Below the pieces are notes generated by a model. That model had not been told where the DNA came from. It saw nothing but the letters and a program-made list of their open reading frames with translations, and ran no database searches. A stretch of 30,716 nt of DNA. Source: a virus (Duplodnaviria > Caudoviricetes). Position 1 is the stretch's first letter; every line of letters starts with the position of its first letter. Shown in pieces: positions 9,013 through 14,846 of the stretch. The position numbers and the translations under genes are program-made. Location: positions 1 through 30,716 of IMG/VR virus record IMGVR_UViG_3300033067_001226. One strand, written 5' to 3'.

Positions 9013-9025
9013 GGTGGAGGACACA

Positions 9026-9199
9026 ATGGACAAATTCATTAAAATCCAGCTTGGAAAGTCTAAGTACGCCATTGCCCGGCAGCGCCCCGGCGGTTGGTTC
9101 GGGATCGTCGCGACGGCGGACAGCCAAGTCATGGCCGACATGATCTTCAACGCCCTCGTGGAAACCGCGAAGGCCGAGTACGCGCGGAGGGCGGCATGA
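9026..9199 (+). CDS. Hypothetical protein (57 aa)
   Basis: SD GGAGG, ATG at 9026, ATGA overlap with the next gene. Confidence 0.7.
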   Translation: MDKFIKIQLGKSKYAIARQRPGGWFGIVATADSQVMADMIFNALVETAKAEYARRAA

Positions 9200-9699
9200 C
9201 CGGCTCCGAAACACCGTGCCCGGAGTGCGGCCGGAAGACGCTTAAACTCGCGCATCACGGAGTGAACTTCGAGTGCATGTGCTGCGGCGTCGTCGTCCCG
9301 TTCAGCAGCAATCCGCACCCGCTGCCGGACAACAACCCGAAGACCGCTTTCGGCATCAAGAAATGGTCGTTGGCCGACGTGCCGGTGATCGCGCTCTACT
9401 GGCTGGGCAAAGTCTGCCAGAACGGCGCGCGCAAGTACGGCCGGCTCAACTGGCGACAGAACAGCGTCACCGCGTCGATCTACTACGACGCGGCGCAACG
9501 CCACTTGATGGCGTGGTACGACGGCGAGCATCGCGACGTTGAGAGCGGCTGCCACCCGCTCGCGCACGTCATGGCGTGCTGCGCGATCATCATCGACGCC
9601 GAGCAGCACTCTTGCCTGAACGACGACCGCCCGAAGTCCGGACGCTTCGTGTCCGCGATTGCGATGGACGCGCACAAGGAGGACAGCCACGATGGTTGA
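9196..9699 (+). CDS. dATP/dGTP diphosphohydrolase-domain protein (DUF5664) with N-terminal zinc ribbon
   Basis: NPKTAFG.KK, GARKYGRLNWR, YYDAAQRHL.AW.DGE..D.ESG..PLAH; N-terminal CPEC...CMCC. Confidence 0.85.
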   Translation: MTGSETPCPECGRKTLKLAHHGVNFECMCCGVVVPFSSNPHPLPDNNPKTAFGIKKWSLADVPVIALYWLGKVCQNGARKYGRLNWRQNSVTASIYYDAAQRHLMAWYDGEHRDVESGCHPLAHVMACCAIIIDAEQHSCLNDDRPKSGRFVSAIAMDAHKEDSHDG

Positions 9700-12523
9700 T
9701 GTCCTTCACCTCGATCTTGAGACTTTCTCGGAAGTCGATCTGAAAAAGTGCGGCTCGCACGTTTACTGGGCGCACCCGTCCACGAAAATTCTCTGCGCGG
9801 CGTGGGCCTTCAACGACGGCCCCGTGAAGACGTGGGACATCCGCGACGAAAAGAACGGCTCGATGTTCGCGCACATTCTCTACTCGTCGCCGGCGAACAC
9901 CTTGCAAGGAACCGAGTGGCACGCTTGGAACGCCGGCGGCTTTGAGACGCTGGGGATGATCGCGGACGGTAGCGCCGTGGACATTTCGCGCTGGCGGGAC
10001 ACGATGATCCGCGCCGCGTACTACGGCCTGCCGATGTCGCTCGACCAAGCGGCGCGTGCGCTCAATCTCGACGTCCTCAAGGATATGTCCGGGCATCGCT
10101 TGATGCTCAAGATGTGCAAGCCCGCCAAGGACGGCTCGAAGTGGCACGAGAAAGGCCCGGCGCTGCTGGACAAGCTGGTCGAGTATTGCAAGCAGGACGT
10201 GGAGACCGAGCGCGCCGTCGGGAAGTACCTCCCGCCGCTGCCGGACAGCGAGCAGAAACTTTGGGAACTGGATTGGTCGATGATGCGGCGGGGTATGCCC
10301 ATCGACGTCAACGAAGTCCTCGCGCTCGAAGGCCACGCGCAGATGGCGCTCGCCAATCTCAACGCTGAACTGCGCCGGATCATGGGCGGCAGCCCGTCGA
10401 TTTCGTCCACGGCGCAAATCCTCAAGTGGGTGAACGACGTGCTGACGATCAACAACCTGCCGATCACGCTGCTGTCGCTGGACAAGGCGGCGGTCGCGGA
10501 GGCGCTGTCCTCGCCCTACCTGCCCAAGCATGTCCGGCGCGTCTTGGAAATTCGTCAGGAAGCCGCGAAGTCCTCTGTCGCCAAGCTTCGCTCGATGATG
10601 CTCACGGCGAACGGCGATAATCGTATTCGTGGACTGACGCAGTTCTACGGCGCGTCTCGGACAGGCCGCTGGGCTGGACGTCTTGTCCAAGTGCAGAACC
10701 TGCCCCGCCCCGCGAAGGGCATCGACCCGGACAACGAAATCACCGCAATGCGGAGTATTAGCTCCGGGCTTTACCAGCCGCCCCTAGGCCACACTGTCCT
10801 GTCCACGATTTCGTCGTGTCTTCGCGGGCTGTTCACGCAGTCCTCGGGTTTCGTCATGGGCGACTTCTCGCAGATCGAGGCGCGCGTGATCGCGTGGCTC
10901 GCCGGACAGAAAGACATTCTCGACGTCTTCGCGAAGGGCGAGGACGTTTACACCTACACGGCCGGCAAGCTGGGATCGAAGGACCGTCAGTTCGGCAAGG
11001 TCCTCGTCCTTGCCTGTCTTGCTGAAGACACTCTCGTCTTGACAGATAAAGGACACGTCCCCATACAGGAAGTCACTCGCCAACACGCGGTATGGGATGG
11101 TGTAGAATGGGTAAGGCACCAAGGACTTGTCTACCGGGGGGAGCGCGAGACGGTAGAACTGGACGGCTGCTACCTGACACCGGAACACGAAGTCTTGTGC
11201 GGGGGCCGTTGGCTTCCGGCGCAAGCTGCGGCGCAAGACGAAAGCACCCTGTCCCGAATGTTGGAGACAGGTTCGGAGAGCTTACCGTTCGCGGGTACGA
11301 ACTCGGAGACCGGGGCGGCGTCCGCTTCATTCTCGTCGCGTGTTCTTGCGGCGCTCCAGAGCATAGGGTTAGCCCGCACACGCTCCGCACAGGGGCGTCC
11401 ACACGCTGCAATGTCTGCGCGAAACGGCAGACAGGCCATTGGATCAAGAACTGGTGGCGCTACGCAGACGTGTGTCCAGACGACGGCCACCGCCGTCGGC
11501 TACTCAACCGCGTGTCTTCCTGCGTCAATCGCTGCCATAACCCCAACGACAGCGGTTTCCGCAACTATGGCGCGCGGGGCATTCACGTCTTCGAGCCTTG
11601 GCGCAAAGACCGCCGAGCTTTTCTCCAATATCTGCTCACGCTGGAGGGCTGGGACAACCCGGCGCTGGAATTGGACCGGACCGATGTCAACCGGGGCTAC
11701 GAACCCGGCAACCTTCAGTTCGTCACGCGCCGGCAGAACGTCCTCAACCGGCGCACAATCGCAGACATGCAACGCCGCATCGAAGAACTCGAAGCCGAGA
11801 ACGCGCGTCTACGATCTGGCTTTTGCGGGGCCGCGTAACCGCTTCACTGTCTGCACAGCGTCGGGCTTCCTGCTCGTACACAACTGCGGCTTCGGCATGG
11901 GCGGCGGGAAGTTCTTGGACACGGCAGCCACTTACGGGGTCACGCTCGACGCTGTTCAAGCACAGAACGCCGTGCAGATGTGGCGCGACGCGAACCCGAT
12001 GGTCGTCGCGTTCTGGAAGGCGCTCGAATTTGGCGCACGGCGTGTCCTGAACGATGACGTGGAGGCATACCACGTCGGCAAGATCACGCTCGCTATGGGC
12101 AAGCGCAGGCTCGCGGGCTGCCTCTTGATGAAACTCCCTAGCGGTCGCGTCCTCGTCTACCGGAACGCCCGGCTCGTGCCGAACGAAGACCCGAAGTGGC
12201 CGGACGAAATCGTCTATGACGGCGTGAACCAGACGACGCGGAAGTGGGAGACGCAGTCCACCTACGGCGGCAAGCTGGCCGAAAATGCCACGCAGGCGGT
12301 TGCCCGCGACCTGCTGGCGCACACAATCGCGGTGCTTGAGTTATACAATACTCTGACCCCGCTCGTGACAATTCACGACGAAATCGTCTGTGAGACGGTC
12401 GGCATTCCTGCGGACCAACTCTCTGCGTCTTTGCTCCACAAAGCTATGACGGCCGCCCCGCCGTGGGCCGCCGGCCTGCCCGTGGCTGCCGAGTGCAAGG
12501 CCATGATGCGCTACGGGAAATAG
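9692..12523 (+). CDS. polA: Family A DNA polymerase with 3'-5' exonuclease, intein-containing
   Basis: SD AAGGAGG. Exonuclease motifs HLDLET, WNA..FE, YCKQD; RTGRWAG..VQVQNLP; motif A DFSQIEAR; motif B RQFGKVLVLA/CGFGMG split by the intein; motif C TIHDEIV. Confidence 0.95.
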   Translation: MVDVLHLDLETFSEVDLKKCGSHVYWAHPSTKILCAAWAFNDGPVKTWDIRDEKNGSMFAHILYSSPANTLQGTEWHAWNAGGFETLGMIADGSAVDISRWRDTMIRAAYYGLPMSLDQAARALNLDVLKDMSGHRLMLKMCKPAKDGSKWHEKGPALLDKLVEYCKQDVETERAVGKYLPPLPDSEQKLWELDWSMMRRGMPIDVNEVLALEGHAQMALANLNAELRRIMGGSPSISSTAQILKWVNDVLTINNLPITLLSLDKAAVAEALSSPYLPKHVRRVLEIRQEAAKSSVAKLRSMMLTANGDNRIRGLTQFYGASRTGRWAGRLVQVQNLPRPAKGIDPDNEITAMRSISSGLYQPPLGHTVLSTISSCLRGLFTQSSGFVMGDFSQIEARVIAWLAGQKDILDVFAKGEDVYTYTAGKLGSKDRQFGKVLVLACLAEDTLVLTDKGHVPIQEVTRQHAVWDGVEWVRHQGLVYRGERETVELDGCYLTPEHEVLCGGRWLPAQAAAQDESTLSRMLETGSESLPFAGTNSETGAASASFSSRVLAALQSIGLARTRSAQGRPHAAMSARNGRQAIGSRTGGATQTCVQTTATAVGYSTACLPASIAAITPTTAVSATMARGAFTSSSLGAKTAELFSNICSRWRAGTTRRWNWTGPMSTGATNPATFSSSRAGRTSSTGAQSQTCNAASKNSKPRTRVYDLAFAGPRNRFTVCTASGFLLVHNCGFGMGGGKFLDTAATYGVTLDAVQAQNAVQMWRDANPMVVAFWKALEFGARRVLNDDVEAYHVGKITLAMGKRRLAGCLLMKLPSGRVLVYRNARLVPNEDPKWPDEIVYDGVNQTTRKWETQSTYGGKLAENATQAVARDLLAHTIAVLELYNTLTPLVTIHDEIVCETVGIPADQLSASLLHKAMTAAPPWAAGLPVAAECKAMMRYGK
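11015..11884 (+). mobile_element. Intein (290 aa) in PolA motif B
   Basis: Block A CLAEDTLVLT, block B LTPEH (TxxH), block F VYDL, block G LLVHN followed by Cys+1. Removing it restores KVLVLACGFGMG. Confidence 0.95.
11209..11838 (+). CDS. HNH-like (Cys-rich) homing endonuclease nested out of frame inside the intein; start uncertain (ATG 11092 or 11107, GTG 11197, TTG 11209)
   Basis: GDRFGELTV, CSCG, TRCNVC, RCHNPN...NYGARGIHV..PW...AF, LELDRTDVNRGYEPGNLQFVTRRQNVLN is the signature of a widespread phage HNH-like endonuclease family; coiled-coil-like C-terminus. Confidence 0.88.
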   Translation: MASGASCGARRKHPVPNVGDRFGELTVRGYELGDRGGVRFILVACSCGAPEHRVSPHTLRTGASTRCNVCAKRQTGHWIKNWWRYADVCPDDGHRRRLLNRVSSCVNRCHNPNDSGFRNYGARGIHVFEPWRKDRRAFLQYLLTLEGWDNPALELDRTDVNRGYEPGNLQFVTRRQNVLNRRTIADMQRRIEELEAENARLRSGFCGAA

Positions 12524-12526
12524 CCC

Positions 12527-12745
12527 ATGCTCGCCGTCCTCGCCTGCCTCGTCTTCCTCGGATACCTCGCCGCCTTCGCCGTGATAGTCACGGCCCTGTG
12601 GTACGCGGTCTTTGCCCTTCTCTCGATAGTCGCGGCCCTCGGGTACGCGACTGTCTTCCTCGTGAAGTGCAGCATTGCTGCATTTGTCTGGCTCTGGAAA
12701 ACACTCTATCGCTTTGATTTTAATGGTGGGCGCGACAGGGATTGA
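12527..12745 (+). CDS. Small hydrophobic membrane protein whose 3' end lies in the attP core
   Basis: 72 aa, almost entirely hydrophobic, phage-like codon use. Confidence 0.6.
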   Translation: MLAVLACLVFLGYLAAFAVIVTALWYAVFALLSIVAALGYATVFLVKCSIAAFVWLWKTLYRFDFNGGRDRD

Positions 12746-12912
12746 ACCTGTGACCCCTCCCGTGTGAAGGGCGATGCGGCTTTGTCCGCAGGACAACAAA
12801 CACAGCAAGTTGCTGATCTGTCCGGGGGCCTAGCCCGGCACGCCCCGGTGTTGGCCGACAAAAAAGGTGCGGCATTGCTGCATTTGGGGTTGACATGCCG
12901 CGTTGCTGCATG
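12668..12912. repeat. Three copies of a palindromic TGCNGC(A/G)TTGCTGCAT box flanking the attP core
   Basis: Copies at 12668-12686, 12868-12886 and 12896-12912. Confidence 0.85.
12724..12771 (-). other. attP core: 3' 48 nt of tRNA-Val(CAC)
   Basis: Minus strand CCC-TTCACAC-GGGAG-GGGTC-ACAGG-TTCAATC-CCTGT-CGCGCCC-ACCA gives the anticodon loop, T arm, acceptor 3' strand and CCA. The 5' half is absent. It lies about 190 bp upstream of the integrase. Confidence 0.92.
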
Positions 12913-12958
12913 ACATCTTCGCGTTGTGATAGTGACACAACGGGAGAGGACAAGAGCC

Positions 12959-13861
12959 ATGAAACTCGGGGACCTGCTCAACGACTACACGGAGACGAAG
13001 CTGCGGCTTCAAAAAATCCGTGAGACGACGGCGATCAACTATCGGGCGGCGGCTTCCCGCTTCCCGCTGTCCTCGCGCGACGTCAAGAAACTCACGGCGG
13101 CCGACATCGAAAAAGCCTACGGCGAAATGCTCGCGAGGAACCTCGCGCCGTCCTCCGTGCGGCTGACGCACTCGCTCTTGGTCTGTGCGCTGGACAAGGC
13201 TGTCCGGGACGGCGTTGTTGTCTCGAATGCCGCAAGACTGGCCCAACCGCCGGGACACCCGAAGAAGACCGCGCCGAAGGCGCTGTCCGACGAAGACTTG
13301 AAGCGGTTGCTCGCCGTCGCGGCGCTGGAACCTATGCCGTGGGGGCTGCTGATCCGGCTCGCCATCGGCACGGGTCTCAGGCGGGGCGAAATCTGCGCCA
13401 TCAAGTGGACCGACGTGGACCTGCCCACCGGCACGATCCGCGTGTCCCGCGCGACTGCGGAACACGGCCGGCTCTTGGTCGTGGGCGCGCCCAAGTCGCT
13501 CGCCGGCGTGAGGACGATCATTCTGCCGTCCTCGCTCGCGCAGGAACTGCGGGCGCTCGCGCTCACGGTCTCCAAGAAACCGCCGGTCAACGACTACGTC
13601 CTCGGGCGCTTCCTGCGCCCGTCCAGCGCGAGCCGGGGCGTGGCGCGCATCTTGAGCAAGGCGAAACTCAGCAAGTTCTGCCTGCACTCTCTGCGGCACA
13701 CCCACGCCACGGCCCTCGTGTCGGCAGGGGAACCCCTGCCGGCGATTGCCCGCCGCATGGGCCACTCCACGGTCTCCACGACCATGTCGATCTACGCGCA
13801 CCCCAAGGAAGGCGAGGACAAAGCCCTCGCCGGACAGATCGACAAGTTGGTGACGCTGTGA
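12959..13861 (+). CDS. int: Tyrosine integrase
   Basis: TGLRRGE (R), PKS (K), HSLRHT (HxxR), MGHS (H), IYAH (Y); SD GAGAGGA; adjacent attP. Confidence 0.95.
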   Translation: MKLGDLLNDYTETKLRLQKIRETTAINYRAAASRFPLSSRDVKKLTAADIEKAYGEMLARNLAPSSVRLTHSLLVCALDKAVRDGVVVSNAARLAQPPGHPKKTAPKALSDEDLKRLLAVAALEPMPWGLLIRLAIGTGLRRGEICAIKWTDVDLPTGTIRVSRATAEHGRLLVVGAPKSLAGVRTIILPSSLAQELRALALTVSKKPPVNDYVLGRFLRPSSASRGVARILSKAKLSKFCLHSLRHTHATALVSAGEPLPAIARRMGHSTVSTTMSIYAHPKEGEDKALAGQIDKLVTL

Positions 13862-13974
13862 AGCCCGGCCGGCTCGTCTGGATCGCCCTCAACCTCGCAG
13901 GGGCGATGTTCGCCCCGCAACTCTACGCGGCAGCGGTGGCCGCCCTGTTCATCTACATCGCACTCGTAGCCTAG
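13858..13974 (+). CDS. Small membrane peptide (38 aa)
   Basis: GTGA overlap with the int stop; hydrophobic sequence MKPGRLVWIALNLAGAMF... Confidence 0.5.
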   Translation: MKPGRLVWIALNLAGAMFAPQLYAAAVAALFIYIALVA

Positions 13975-13983
13975 GAGAGAAAC

Positions 13984-14313
13984 ATGAAATTCGAGAATGA
14001 AGACAAACCCATGCCCCTCGAAGACGCGCTGGCCTTTGTCCGGAACGCCGTGGAGAAGAACCACGGCCTTGTCCTGCTGTCGGCGCACCACGACGGGATC
14101 GGTATCCGCATCGACGCGCGGCTCAGGGAAATCCCCGGGCACCACTTGTTGCTGCTGGCGTCGGACCTGTGGAACCACACGATAGGCGACAACCCGCCGA
14201 CGGACTTGAAACTCGTGGGCGACGCCCTCGACCGCTTGGCGCGCCAGATCGCGGAAGTCAAACCGGGCATCAAGCCCGAGACCCTCGACCTGTCCAGCAT
14301 TCGCCTTAATTGA
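13984..14313 (+). CDS. Hypothetical protein
   Basis: SD AGGAG, ATG start, phage-like codon use. Confidence 0.75.
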   Translation: MKFENEDKPMPLEDALAFVRNAVEKNHGLVLLSAHHDGIGIRIDARLREIPGHHLLLLASDLWNHTIGDNPPTDLKLVGDALDRLARQIAEVKPGIKPETLDLSSIRLN

Positions 14314-14323
14314 GCAGGCCCCT

Positions 14324-14629
14324 GTGACAGGACGATGGAACAAACCCAGCCCCTACAAAGGGCGGGGACGCGGCTGGAACCGTATACGGGAGCAGTACGC
14401 AATAGAAGACGCTTTCCGGGAGGCGTGCGGGGGTTGTCTTGAGGTCGAGATACCCCTCTGCGAAGGGTGCGGGGCCTTGGAGACCCGCATTGGCCTTCTA
14501 TGGGGAGATAATTTTTTCACATGCAAACCCTGCGTGGACCGTGTCCACGAGAGCCTGAACGCCGAGCGCGACACGAAAGCTTCGCGGGGGCTAGTCCGCA
14601 AAATCAAAGAGGAGTTGCATAATGCCTAA
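14324..14629 (+). CDS. Hypothetical protein with CxxC pairs (putative zinc finger)
   Basis: CGGC, CEGC and CKPC motifs; overlaps the next start. Confidence 0.6.
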   Translation: MTGRWNKPSPYKGRGRGWNRIREQYAIEDAFREACGGCLEVEIPLCEGCGALETRIGLLWGDNFFTCKPCVDRVHESLNAERDTKASRGLVRKIKEELHNA

Positions 14630-14846
14630 GATCAAAACCACAGGTGAACTCCGCGCCTTTCTGGCGGACATGCTGCTGGGTATCAAGAACGGCCACGTTG
14701 AACCGGACGTGGCGCGCAACTTGACCAAGATGGCCGCCCAGATAAACGAGAGTTTCTACTCGGAAATCAAGATCGCCCGCGTGCAGATGGAAGCGGGTAA
14801 GCAGTCGGCGGCGTTGGGCGCACTCCCGATAGGGGACGGCTCCTAG
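14622..14846 (+). CDS. Hypothetical protein
   Basis: SD GAGGAG; last rightward gene, its stop overlaps the convergent late-gene stop. Confidence 0.75.
   Translation: MPKIKTTGELRAFLADMLLGIKNGHVEPDVARNLTKMAAQINESFYSEIKIARVQMEAGKQSAALGALPIGDGS

Noticed and set aside
11015-11884. Group I intron or frameshifted polA pseudogene
   Set aside because: The polA frame is uninterrupted, the insertion is a multiple of 3 with complete intein motifs, and removal restores motif B exactly.
9196-12523. Z-genome (2-aminoadenine) system
   Set aside because: No purZ or datZ in the window; the diphosphohydrolase domain alone is widespread in phages.
12724-12800. Complete tRNA-Val gene
   Set aside because: No D arm or 5' acceptor strand; only the 3' 48 nt match, as expected for attP.
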